A stretch of 64,000 nt of DNA, taken from NCBI GenBank assembly GCA_050273025.1, contig CP158635.1, positions 8,494,001 through 8,558,000 on the forward strand, read 5' to 3'. Below are positions 1 through 10,167 of the stretch, piece by piece. Both the position numbers and the translations under genes were made by a program. Source of the DNA: Cenococcum geophilum (taxonomy: Eukaryota). Within the stretch, counting starts at the first letter, position 1; every line of letters begins with the position of its first letter. The notes beneath the pieces were generated by a model, which saw only the letters and a program-made list of their open reading frames with translations, made no database searches and was not told the origin of the DNA.

Positions 1-269
1 CTTTCTATATAAAATCAGAAGCCCCACGCGAGCCATCGCGGGCACGAGAACAGTAGAGGGTTGGAAAATGGATTGTCGAGGCGACGATAAGGTCGAAGGC
101 GCGCTAAGGCCCTCCATACTAACCTAGTACTAACCTAGGCCTCAAAAACGCGTCCGAAAAGTAGGGGCCACCACCTAGGGGGGGTGCGATATTTGGACGA
201 TATGTCGAGGACCTTGGGGGCTCGTGCGTAACCCGAGGTTATGCCAAGCTTAACCCGGACCTCCGATAC
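1..269 (-). mobile_element. Terminal 269 bp of an unRIPped CryptonF copy (rest lies left of the window), inserted in a copia LTR
   Basis: Aligns with the ends of the RIPped Cryptons at ~8596-8874 and ~13603-13880 but keeps CpA/TpG/CpG. Ends CCTCCGATAC and is followed directly by LTR sequence CTACACGATGG. Confidence 0.85.
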
Positions 270-2896
270 CTACACGATGGCCCGCGCGCTGTCACGTGAC
301 ACGTCGCTGAGCTCAAAGAGACTGCCCAAGTACCCCCCCTACCAACACACCCCCCCAGGCTCTATGAGCTCTAGCGAATAGGAAACTCCTCCGGGATGAC
401 TATACCATGCTCCGTAAGGTCGTGGTTAATAGGTAGGGGTAGTACAAGTAGTAAGAAATGAAATTGGGAAAAATGGAAATTTCGAATATCGACGACGCTC
501 GATCGCCCGTCTCCCATGCTGAAAAGTAGTATTAGTAAGCCTTTGAAATCTGAAACTGAGTCGATTGGTATCAATTCCGAGGTTTCGCCGGTCGTAGTAT
601 GATTTCCTAATTAGGACTAGGTGACCCAGGAGACTTTGGTGACTCCGACACCCATCTTGAACGCCTCATGGGCGACCTTTGGTAGAGCCTTCGTCAAGCC
701 GTCTGCTGGCTGATCCATGCTCGGTATATGGTGTAGTTTAATCCTACCCCGTTCAATATCCTTGCGGAGCTTAATATCCGCATAGTGGTCCTTTGGTCTT
801 TTGACGAATCGATGCGTCTTGACCTTCTTGTGTTGAGTCGTCTCAACAGTCAGTGTCTGCCGCCAGCGAGGAGCCTCTGGTGACTGCAGGGCTTCCTTCA
901 ACATTCGCGGTATCTTGATCTTGTGCGGAGCTTTTGGATGAGACTCCGGATGAGGCTCCAGAGGGGTCGGCTGTATATGTGCGTGAGACGAGCATGCAAC
1001 TGCCGTATAATAGACCTTCTTTGGTTCAGTAGTCGCTGTCTCCACACCCCCCTCAAGCTGTTGGTCAATTCGGTAGACGCCGCTGTTATCAGAATCGACG
1101 TCGTCTTGATCGTTATGACCTTCGTCGCCCTTGGCGATCGTCGGTATTATGCTCTCCCTGCTTTGAGAGATCTGGCGCTTTGCCTTCGAGGCGTGCGCAA
1201 TATATTGAGGCTTTGAAGCCTGTCGAACGACATATAGGCCGTTCTTGCAAGTCGCTCTGCCCACCACCAAATCGTCGGAGTACCGTCGAATCGTACGGCC
1301 GCCTGTTTCCTTGTCAGGCCCAATGTAGAGCTTCTTGCGCTTCTCAAGAGCCGACTCCGATAGGAGCTTGTAAGGTGATTTGGGTGCATAGTAGGCCTCA
1401 GTGGTTACCGTGCAGGTGTTGCCGTCGTCCATTAGTAGGGGTATATGTACCGTCCCTTTGCCAATCGCATAGTGGATAGTCCCCCCTGACGTTCCTATTT
1501 CGTAAGGTGGCAATAAGGTCTTGTACTCAATGAACTGACTTTGTTCATTGCTTATTGTAATATTGGAACAGGAATCAAGGAACCAGTCGTCCTGATTGCT
1601 GTCGCCCAAGTCGTCGACTATGGCCATGCTGCTGATGAATAGGCCTTCTGCCGAGCCTCTGCCTGTCGTTCCGACTTGATGATTCGAATTCGATGTAGTC
1701 TCTACCCCATCCTGGGGTGGATCTATGCATAAAATATGCTTTTTGTAAGGCCTCCACGCCGGGTATCGAAGCTCCGGGTGAAGGTAGAAACACCTCTCCT
1801 TGTCGCCAGGGTGCTTGCCATTGCAATGTGAGCAGCGCTCAAGTTCCTTTTCTTCTGAATTGGATTTTGGTTGATCGTCTGGCTTCTTGCTGACTGAGGA
1901 CATCGCGATGGAGGTATCTGGTCGAGTACGACTCTCGTCCATAAGGTCGCTCACCAGTTCCTCTATTGTAATAAGGTCTTCCTCCCTTGTGACTCTCCTG
2001 GCTGCCTCTCGTCGATTAGCTGTCCAAATAGGAAACTCCTCTTCCACCGCGTGAAGCAATCGGGCGTGCGCCTGCTTCCTTGATATCGGCATTGACGCTG
2101 CATTTGATTTTCTCATGCCTGAGACGAAGGCTTCTGCGTAGGCTTCGAGCGAGGTGTAGTCTTTGCGACTAAGATCGAGCCATTGGTTCCATATTTGGTA
2201 GTCGTGAACGAGACCTTGCGCGGTACAGAGTGATCGAATTGAGTCAAGCAGGTCCTTGATGGAATCTCGCGGCTTGCCCGATGCGGCGAGACGATCGCGA
2301 ATCGATTCTGACACTGCTCCCTCTATTATCTCAAGTCCCATTATCTGTTTATGTCGCCATTCTCGGCGTTCGTTCGTATTCGTTGGCGGCTCTACAGCCG
2401 TACCTTGTATCATTGGTAGGAGGTCATGAAGCTCAAGTCGTCGTACGATTCGACGATACCATTCTTCGTAATTGCTGTCCCCTTTCAATACAGGAACAGC
2501 CCCAAGAGAGCTCTGGTATTCCTTCTTCTTTTGTACTGTGTCCGCCATGGTATGCAATCAATCGGTTTAACCGTATCGTGCGTGGCGTGTATTTGTATTG
2601 GTTTGTTATGAATTTCTGTCGCACCGTGCCGGCTCTGAATTCGAGGGTATGTGGCTTCGTGTCGACCAGTCAATTAGAAAATAAAATGGCAGCTGATAGA
2701 GCTTTGATGGAAGCTGCAAGAGGGCTCATAACCTGTCAGGGCACTGAGCAGGCTGATGGAATGATACATATGATGCTCTATGAGGAAGCTCAGGGGCTCG
2801 AAGGCCCCGAGAAGATATCTACACGATGGCCCGCGCGCTGTCACGTGACACGTCGCTGAGCTCAAAGAGACTGCCCAAGTACCCCCCCTACCAACA
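270..2896 (-). mobile_element. Non-autonomous Ty1/copia LTR retrotransposon, internally deleted, unRIPped
   Basis: Complete 163-bp 5' LTR 2734-2896 (TG...CA). The 3' LTR remnant 270-347 matches 2819-2896. Minus-strand PBS GGTTATGAGCCC (2722-2733, half-tRNA-iMet type). G-rich PPT at 348-359. Confidence 0.92.
617..2557 (-). CDS. Copia Gag-protease polyprotein fused in frame to RT N-terminal and RNase H C-terminal remnants
   Basis: Gag N-terminus (LKGDSNYEEW), Cys/His knuckle CSHCNGKH, protease WFLDSCS, GLY motif, RT start (EALQSPEAPRW), RNase H end (IPSMDQPADGLTKAL). No HHCC/DDE integrase and no YVDD. Confidence 0.88.
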   Translation of the reverse strand: MHTMADTVQKKKEYQSSLGAVPVLKGDSNYEEWYRRIVRRLELHDLLPMIQGTAVEPPTNTNERREWRHKQIMGLEIIEGAVSESIRDRLAASGKPRDSIKDLLDSIRSLCTAQGLVHDYQIWNQWLDLSRKDYTSLEAYAEAFVSGMRKSNAASMPISRKQAHARLLHAVEEEFPIWTANRREAARRVTREEDLITIEELVSDLMDESRTRPDTSIAMSSVSKKPDDQPKSNSEEKELERCSHCNGKHPGDKERCFYLHPELRYPAWRPYKKHILCIDPPQDGVETTSNSNHQVGTTGRGSAEGLFISSMAIVDDLGDSNQDDWFLDSCSNITISNEQSQFIEYKTLLPPYEIGTSGGTIHYAIGKGTVHIPLLMDDGNTCTVTTEAYYAPKSPYKLLSESALEKRKKLYIGPDKETGGRTIRRYSDDLVVGRATCKNGLYVVRQASKPQYIAHASKAKRQISQSRESIIPTIAKGDEGHNDQDDVDSDNSGVYRIDQQLEGGVETATTEPKKVYYTAVACSSHAHIQPTPLEPHPESHPKAPHKIKIPRMLKEALQSPEAPRWRQTLTVETTQHKKVKTHRFVKRPKDHYADIKLRKDIERGRIKLHHIPSMDQPADGLTKALPKVAHEAFKMGVGVTKVSWVT

Positions 2897-2921
2897 AGTT
2901 GCTTATTAAGATAAATATAAC

Positions 2922-3379
2922 GTAGCATATGGGGTTTTGCTCGTCCCTAGGTTTTGCTTATTTTAAATATTAAAATACGCAAGTAGGCCCCACCAAAAAT
3001 CACAAAAATCGCAGTGTAATATCTTAATAACCACTTAATAATAACTTCTAAAAATTTAAATTTGGACTTTTATATACGCCCTATAGCTCCTATTAAAGTT
3101 ATATAATAATTAGTTAAGTAGTTTTTAAGATATTATAATTTAGGGGCTAAAATAAGGCTAAAATACTATATCTTAAAAACCACTTAACTAATTACTATGC
3201 AACTTTAATAGAAGCTGTAAAGTGTATATAAAAGTCTAAATCTAAAATTTTAGAAGTTATTATTAAGTGGTTGTTGAGATATTACACTGCGATTTTTGTA
3301 ATTTTTGGTGGGGCCTGCTTGCGCATTTAGATGTTCAAAACGAGCAAAACCCAAGGACGAGCAAAACCCCGTGTGCCAC
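2922..3379. repeat. Foldback/MITE-like element with ~200-bp inverted arms, partly RIPped
   Basis: GGGGTTTTGCTCGTCC (2931) pairs with GGACGAGCAAAACCCC (ends 3370), and complementarity continues inward. Confidence 0.85.
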
Positions 3380-3414
3380 ATTAATCGATAAGCAAGTGGG
3401 CAGTACAAGCATGT

Positions 3415-3570
3415 GGCCCAAAAACCCCAAAAAAGGTTCTTTAATATCTTAACAACGGCTTAATAATAAATAATAAATAATTATAATTAGACTTTTATAC
3501 TTACTTTAAGACCCTAATTAAAGTTTTAAAGCAATTTAATAAGTGGTTTTTAAGATATAATAATTGGGAA
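3415..3570. repeat. Single arm of the same foldback family
   Basis: Shares the core TAATATCTTAA(T/C)AA...CTTAATAATAA...ACTTTTATA...AAGT(A/G)GTTTTTAAGATAT with 3018-3140 and, more divergently, 5171-5290. Confidence 0.7.
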
Positions 3571-3596
3571 ATTTTTTTAGCAACCGTTCCCTAACC

Positions 3597-4943
3597 CTAG
3601 CTGCTAGGGGCCCGGCTACGCTCGGGCCAGGTCTGAGGCCTAAGACTAGGTGTGGCCATGGAGTTCTGGGCATGATCCCTCAATTTCTGCCTCACAAAGT
3701 GCTCGACTTTTCTCCGACCCTCAGAGACAGATGAAGCGATTGAACTTCCCAGCTGGGCGACCACTCTATTCCCGCTGCCATCGTCAAAGCATACGCTGTT
3801 GTGACTAGACAACTCTCTAGCAATCCATTCCTGTGTCGTTCCGATATGCTCAGCCCCGCCAAAACGATACAGATGCATGGCGAGCATGGCGTATAGTTGG
3901 TAACCCAGCCAGACCCACTGAATAGTGGTAGGAGCAAAAATGAAGGCGATCAGCCCTCCAGGATATACCACAATGGAGCCAACGACGGTAAACATAGATA
4001 TTACTTCCCGAACACGATCTCCAAAGGCGCCCTTCCGATGGCGAATAGGATGACCGTAATGTCGAAAGAACTGAAGGACTAGCTCAGACGGCCCTTCAAT
4101 CAAAAGAAAGCCCTTAGAGAAGTCTTCAACTTCACACAACAATTGTTCGTCCTTTGGCCTGTTTGATAGTGGCGTCTTCCCCCCGTGCTCCGGTGCAGTC
4201 CGTACTGACGAAGGTTCGACCGACTTCCGCCGAACACGGCAAAAAAGTCCTACAAGTTTGAGAAGTAAAGGAGCAAGGTACCAAATAGAGAAGAGACTCC
4301 TCCAGACGGTAGCGTTAACAATCCCAACAGCGAGTGTAATGATCTCGCTCGCTATTATGGCTGCAATATACCGGAATTTCAGTCGGCCAATATCGCCATC
4401 AACTATTGGCAGGTTCTCGGCAACAGTAGAATCCGCTCTCAAAATATTGAGTACGAACACAGGGCGCTGTGCTCTGACTTCCTGCACGACTCTTGCCGCC
4501 GATTCGTCGTCTCCTGGTGTGGCAGGATCCACCGTGTCGATTCGGGGCTGCCAGGGAATAAGACCTAGCACCGTAATCCAGAAGGCGTTCCGCGCCGCTT
4601 TTCTCTCACTCTTACTGCCGTCGGCCATCCGCATGACGTAGTGATGTCCTGTATCATTGTAGAAAGCCGTCCCGAGCATGTCGCCACGGCAATAGCCTTT
4701 CCACAGGCCGGCGAAAACGAGCCTATCCAGGGCCTCGACAGCAGCCTTATGAATAGGCCCGCCGATAGGCATCAGGAAAACAATGGCAATGAGAGATTTC
4801 AGGCTCCGGATGTTGTAGAATCGTGATGGCCATAACATGCGATGGAATATGGAGGCTGAGGCTACCTCCGTGCCTAGGTAGCCGACTATGGTGCCTAGGG
4901 CCGTAAATGCGGCAATAGACAGTGTGTTCGCGTCGGCCCCCAT
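3597..4943 (-). CDS. Uncharacterised fungal multi-pass membrane protein, 448 aa, intronless
   Basis: Uninterrupted ORF with no RIP bias. Hydrophobic segments at the N-terminus, ~190-235 and ~315-360. Motifs LWPSRFYN and QFFRHYGHP. Confidence 0.85.
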   Translation of the reverse strand: MGADANTLSIAAFTALGTIVGYLGTEVASASIFHRMLWPSRFYNIRSLKSLIAIVFLMPIGGPIHKAAVEALDRLVFAGLWKGYCRGDMLGTAFYNDTGHHYVMRMADGSKSERKAARNAFWITVLGLIPWQPRIDTVDPATPGDDESAARVVQEVRAQRPVFVLNILRADSTVAENLPIVDGDIGRLKFRYIAAIIASEIITLAVGIVNATVWRSLFSIWYLAPLLLKLVGLFCRVRRKSVEPSSVRTAPEHGGKTPLSNRPKDEQLLCEVEDFSKGFLLIEGPSELVLQFFRHYGHPIRHRKGAFGDRVREVISMFTVVGSIVVYPGGLIAFIFAPTTIQWVWLGYQLYAMLAMHLYRFGGAEHIGTTQEWIARELSSHNSVCFDDGSGNRVVAQLGSSIASSVSEGRRKVEHFVRQKLRDHAQNSMATPSLRPQTWPERSRAPSS

Positions 4944-5124
4944 GCTTGATTGTTTGTGTTGGAGCTTATAGGTTTAGTAGTTAAGGATTGTGTTGTGCTT
5001 AATGGGCATCAAATTTATTCAATGACGGAGACGTCATAAATTAGACGCTCCGTAGTAGAATTTGGTTACGGGGCAGGGGAAGCACGTGGAACGGCTCCCT
5101 ATGCCCCTAACGTGTTTTATCAGT

Positions 5125-5469
5125 CATCCAGTAGCCCCAAAAACTACCAAAAATTGGAAAAACTGTACCTTAATATCTTAATAATGACTTAATAATAAAT
5201 TCCAAAATTTTATAATTAGCCTTTTATACCTATTTTAAACCTATTATTAGATTTAAAAAATAACCTATTAAGTAGCTTTAAAAATATCGTAAATATCGCA
5301 ATTTATCTTAAAATTGGGAGCTAAAACTTAATATACTAGAACTTTATTAAAAGTCTTAATATAGGTATAAAAGGCTAATTATAACATTTTGGAATTTATT
5401 ATTAAGCTATTATTAAGATATTAAGGTATAGTTTTTTTTATTTTTAGTGGTTTTTAGGGCTATTAGATG
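5125..5469. repeat. Second foldback/MITE-like element of the same family
   Basis: CATCCAGTAGCCCCAAAAACTACC pairs with AGTGGTTTTTAGGGCTATTAGATG (allowing RIP). Arms of ~110 bp. Confidence 0.8.
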
Positions 5470-5705
5470 TCTATCACATATCGGGGGGGCTGATTTGGCG
5501 CGGTTACAACCCGGGTTAATACAAGGTTAAGGCTACCCCTGCTAATAACGCGCCCGAACCCCACACGAGGTCGCGCAGCGACCGCCCCCAAGTACTTTCG
5601 CACGCGATTTTAGGCGAAAAGGTACATAATTTATATTAGATCGGTACTTCTGGACGGTCGCGTAATATTACTCTAAATTTATAACACCTAAACAGGCTCT
5701 ATTCC

Positions 5706-5906
5706 TATATTAAGGCGTCTTAGTTACTATAGTATAGTCCTATATTAAGACGTCTCGGTCACTAATATAGTCTTATATTAAAACGTCTTAGTTACTATAG
5801 TGCAGTTATATATTAAGGTGTCTTAGTTACTACAGTATAATCGTATATAGAGGCGTCTTAGTTACCGTAGTATAGTTATATATTAAGGCGTCTTAGTTAC
5901 TATAGT
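5706..5906. repeat. 35-bp tandem repeat (6 units) downstream of the Crypton gene
   Basis: Unit TATATTAAGGCGTCTTAGTTACTATAGTATAGTCC. Confidence 0.9.
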
Positions 5907-5917
5907 AAAATAACTAT

Positions 5918-8500
5918 TTAGATATTCTTATAAAGCTAATCTAAAGAACGCCGACCTTGTAGCTATTCTAGCTAGTTAATAGCCTATCTCTTATCTCTTA
6001 CTATACCATCTTCTACGCGCCGTCTTATATCCTTAATTATCCTATAGTAACGGCTATAGAATATAGCCTCGCCGTTATCCCGCTAGTGTGCCCCCTAGTA
6101 ATAATTAAGAGCTTTAATTAACGGCCTACCTGCTAGCCCTAAAGTCTACTTAATCTAAAGCTAGAAGACTAAATTACCACCTTAAAGTATTTTATATTTC
6201 CTTAGCGGCGCCTATAGGTTAAGGATAAATAGGAGAGATAGTTAAGTATTAGCTTATACCTACGCTAGGAGGGGCAATACAGATATAGTAAATAGCTAAA
6301 TAGGTAGTGCGGATATTATAGACAGCTAAGTAAATAGTGCGGATATTATAGACAGCGGCTAAGTAGGTAGTATAGATATTATAAACGGCTAAGCAGGCGG
6401 CGTAAATATAGTAGATATTATAGTAAACGGCGTAGGCTTGCCTAAAGGTAGATATATAGACTCTATAGGCCCTATCTAGATACCCGTCTTCCCTTACTAG
6501 ATCTATATAAATATAAATAATGCTAATAACCTTTCTATTTCGCTAAGGCGTTTTAAGATTATCTATATATATAATTAAACCCCCTTTATCTTAGAGATTG
6601 CGGTCTTATATTTTAGCTTAGCTACAGCCTTATAGGTAGGCTAATATTTCCGCATTATTAGCTTATTCGGTATAACTACGTCAGCTAGCGAGCTTTTTAC
6701 CCACATAGTAAACCTCTAGTACTCCTTATAACCAAAAAGGGGGTCCTTCTATAGGGGGTAGAGCGGGAACTACTTATATAGGATTACTAAGTCCTATAAT
6801 AGGATTACCCTAAGCGCGTAAAGAAGGCGTAAAAATCTTAAGCCTATAAGGTTAAGCTATATAACCTTATTATCGGCCCTACCTAGGTAGTAGGCCTTTA
6901 TATATTTTAGCTAGACGTTAGTCTTAGGCCATATCTTTAAATAAAGGGCCTCCTTTAGCACCTCCCGTGCGTAGGGGAGAAAGTAGCCCTTTTTTTCCTT
7001 TAGAAAGCTAGCGATTAACTATATAAACGTATAGAGTAGGTAGCTAAGGTAGGCTCCTATTATCGCGTCTATATTTTAGCGTCCAGCCCATCTAATTTAA
7101 GTCTCCTTAACGCCGCTAAGCTTAGTATACTAAACGCTCTGCTTATAGGCGCTATAGGTCTTCTCCTTTAAGTAAATTCCTACCCCCTAGAACATCTTTT
7201 TATTCTATTTAAACTGCGTATAATAGCTTAGCGGCTATTATAGTACTTTAATACTACTAGGGAAGACGTATAGGTTATAGTAATCCTCTAGCTACTAAAA
7301 GGATAAAAAGCTTTTAGCGCCGTCTTTACCCTAGCGGTTAAAGAAGTAGAAGGCTACTATAGAGAGGGGGTAAAGGATAGGGTTGGCGTTCCGTATATAG
7401 CCTATATACTTAACCTTACTATACTAATTCTGCTTCCCTTATATTATTAATATAATTATATATAGCGCTAACTTATTCAGTTTAGGCCCTTTATTCTCTA
7501 GTTTAATAAAAATAAAGTTAGTAAGCTAAATATCTTATCTACTTTTACTATAGGTAATAGTAGTATAGCCTAAGGAACGGGTTAGAAAACGGCAGCTATA
7601 TAGACTAGGTAGGGTATATATAAACCTAATAAATACTTAGCTATAGTTTAAAGGTAAGACTTAACTAAACCTAGTATCTTAGAGCCTATCTCCTAGTACT
7701 AAGTAATTGCCTTTTTAAGCCCTTTAACGTTATAGCCGCTAGTAATTATAAATAGGCCTTAATTAATAAAGTTAACGCGTTAAATCTAGTCTTTATTACG
7801 GCGGACGCTATCTAGTACTACTAAAAGCTTCGCCCCCCATAGCGGCTGCGAGGTCTTACCTTTTAACTACTATACGTAAAGCTTAGTAATAGCGAAGATA
7901 TAGCTATTTATAACTAAGTATTAGACTATTTTATTAAATAGGGCATCTAGAGCCTCCTTATCCCATATCTCCCCTTCCTCCTTTATAGCTTCCTCCTCTA
8001 TGCCTACAGCTGCCCCTACGGCTGCCTCTACGGCTGCCCCTGTAGCTGACTTTCCCTTTAGCTACCCTACCCGCTTAGCCGTCTTCTACCTCTTCTTTAC
8101 CCACTCGCTATCTTTCCATATCTTTTTCCGTTTTAACTTCCGTTTTTAATAGCTAGCAGCCTATAATTCCCAATTAATAACTTACTACTTTAGAAGTAGG
8201 TAAAGCTTATCTTTTATTACCTAGGCGCTGTTTATATTACCTTCTAGTCTTATATACTAGTCTTCCTACTTTTTCTACTTTAGCTCGTACGCCTTTATAG
8301 TATTCTTTAAGCGCTAAGCCTTATAAATATTATATAGCTATACCGTCTAGGCCATAAATTTATTCTAGAGGCTATAGGAAGAGGGGGAGAAGGAGGCTAG
8401 AGGGACTTCCTTTAACTATAAAGTAGACCGTAAGGTAAGAAGATTCTTAAAAGACTCTATCTCCGCAAGAGGTTAGGGGGAAGACGCGTAAGCGCGGCGC
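5918..8500 (-). pseudogene. RIP-inactivated Crypton tyrosine recombinase (NDC10-II-like YR domain + C-terminal GCR1_C domain)
   Basis: De-RIPped reading gives GKQNQHGKVEYMGCMRNANPILCPLS..AFYFFNRWG (~7440-7330), KTHSAxKQS..AELSGVEETQIRxAGRWNMDAMIGAYLS (~7165-7040) and GPSIEALD..WGA.WRDNGEAMFYSR (~6130-6050). Start position approximate. Confidence 0.85.
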
Positions 8501-9109
8501 GGGTATAGGTAAATAAAGCCACTAAACACATAAATATTAATAAAGGAGGAGAAGAAGAGAGCTCTATATTATAGAATTAGAATTATAGTAGGCCGTTCTA
8601 TATAAAACTAGAAGCCCTACGCAAGCTAGGAGCTAGCGTAGGTATAAAAATAGAAAGAAGGTTAAAAATTAGATTATTAAGGCGATAATAAGGTTAAAGG
8701 CGCGTAATAAGGTCCTTTATATTAACCTAGTACTAACCTAGGCCTTAAAAACGCGTCTAAAAAGTAGGGGCCACTACTAAAAGGGGGGGGGGAATATTTA
8801 GACGATATGTCGTGGACCTTAGGGGGTTATACGTAACCTAAGGTTATACTAAGCCTAACTCAGACCTCTAATACCTATCACATATTAGGGGGGCTGATTT
8901 AGCGCGGTTATAACCTAGGTTAATACGAGGTTAGGGCTACCCTTACTAATAACACGCCCGAACCCTATATGAGGTCGCGCAGCGACCGCCCCCAAGTACT
9001 TTCGCACGCGATTTTAGGCAAAAAGGTATATAATTTGTGTTAAATTGGTACTTCTAGATAGTTATATAATATTACTCTAAATTTATAACACCTAAACGGG
9101 CTCTATTCC

Positions 9110-9450
9110 TATATTAAGGCGTCTTAGTTACTATAGTATAGTCCTATATTAAGACGTCTTAGTTACTATAGTATAGTCCTATATTAAGGCGTCTTGGTTA
9201 ATGCAGTATAGTCCTACATTAAGACGTTTCGGTTACTATAGTATAGTTATATATTAAGGCGTCTTAGTTACTACAGTATAGTCCTATATTAAGATATCTT
9301 AGTCACTAGTATAGTCTTATATTAAGATGTTTTAGTTACTATAGTGCAGTTATATATTAAGGTATCTTAGTTACTATAGTGTAATCGTATATAGAGGCGT
9401 CTTAGTTACCGTAGTATAGTTATATATTAAGGCGTCTTAGTTACTATAGT
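9110..9450. repeat. 35-bp tandem repeat (10 units) in Crypton copy B
   Basis: Same unit as 5706-5906. Confidence 0.9.
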
Positions 9451-10167
9451 AAAATAACTATTTAGATATTCTTATAAAGCTAATTTAAAGAACGCCAACC
9501 TTATAGCTATTCTAGCTAGTTAATAGCTTATCTCTTATCTCTTACCATACCATCTTTTACGCGCCGTCTTATATCCTTAATTATTTTATAGTAATGGCTA
9601 TAAAATATAGCCTCGCCGTTAACCCGCCAGCGTACCCCCTAGTAGTAATTAAGAGCTTTAATTAATGGCCCACCCGCTAGCCTTAAAGTTTACTTAGTCT
9701 AAAGCTAGAAGACTAAATTACCGCCTTAAAGTATTTTATATTTCCTTAGCAGCGCCTATAGGTTAAGGATAAATAGGAGAGATAGTTAAGTATTAGCTTA
9801 TGCCTACGCTAGTAGGGGTAATATAGATATAGTAGACAGCTAAGCGGGCGGTATAAATATTATAGATAGCTAAGCGGACGGTGCGGATATTATAGATAGC
9901 GGCTAAGTAGGTAGTACGGATATTATAAACGGCTAAATAGACGGCGCGGATATAGTAAACGTTATAGTAGACGGTATAGGCTCGCTTAAAGGTAGATATA
10001 GACTCCGTAGGCCCTATCTAGATACCTATCTTCCCTTACTAGATTTATATAAATATAAATAATACTAATAACCTTTCTATTTCGCTAAGGCGTTCTAAGA
10101 TTATCTACATACGTAATTAAACCCCCTTTATCTTAGAGATTGCGGCCTTATATCTTAGCTTAGCTAT

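Larger units (their letters stand above)
5471..8874 (-). mobile_element. CryptonF tyrosine-recombinase transposon, copy A (3404 bp, RIPped)
   Basis: Colinear with copy B. Ends CTATCA-CATATCGG... and ...CCTCTAATAC. Carries an NDC10-II-like YR domain and a GCR1_C domain (see pseudogene). Confidence 0.88.

Noticed and set aside
5918..8500. Tyrosine recombinase relic as the Starship captain
   Set aside because: Motifs are NDC10-II/GCR1_C (CryptonF), not DUF3435, and it sits in its own 3.4-kb multicopy unit.
5706..9450. 35-bp arrays as CRISPR
   Set aside because: Contiguous units without unique spacers, eukaryotic context, no cas genes.
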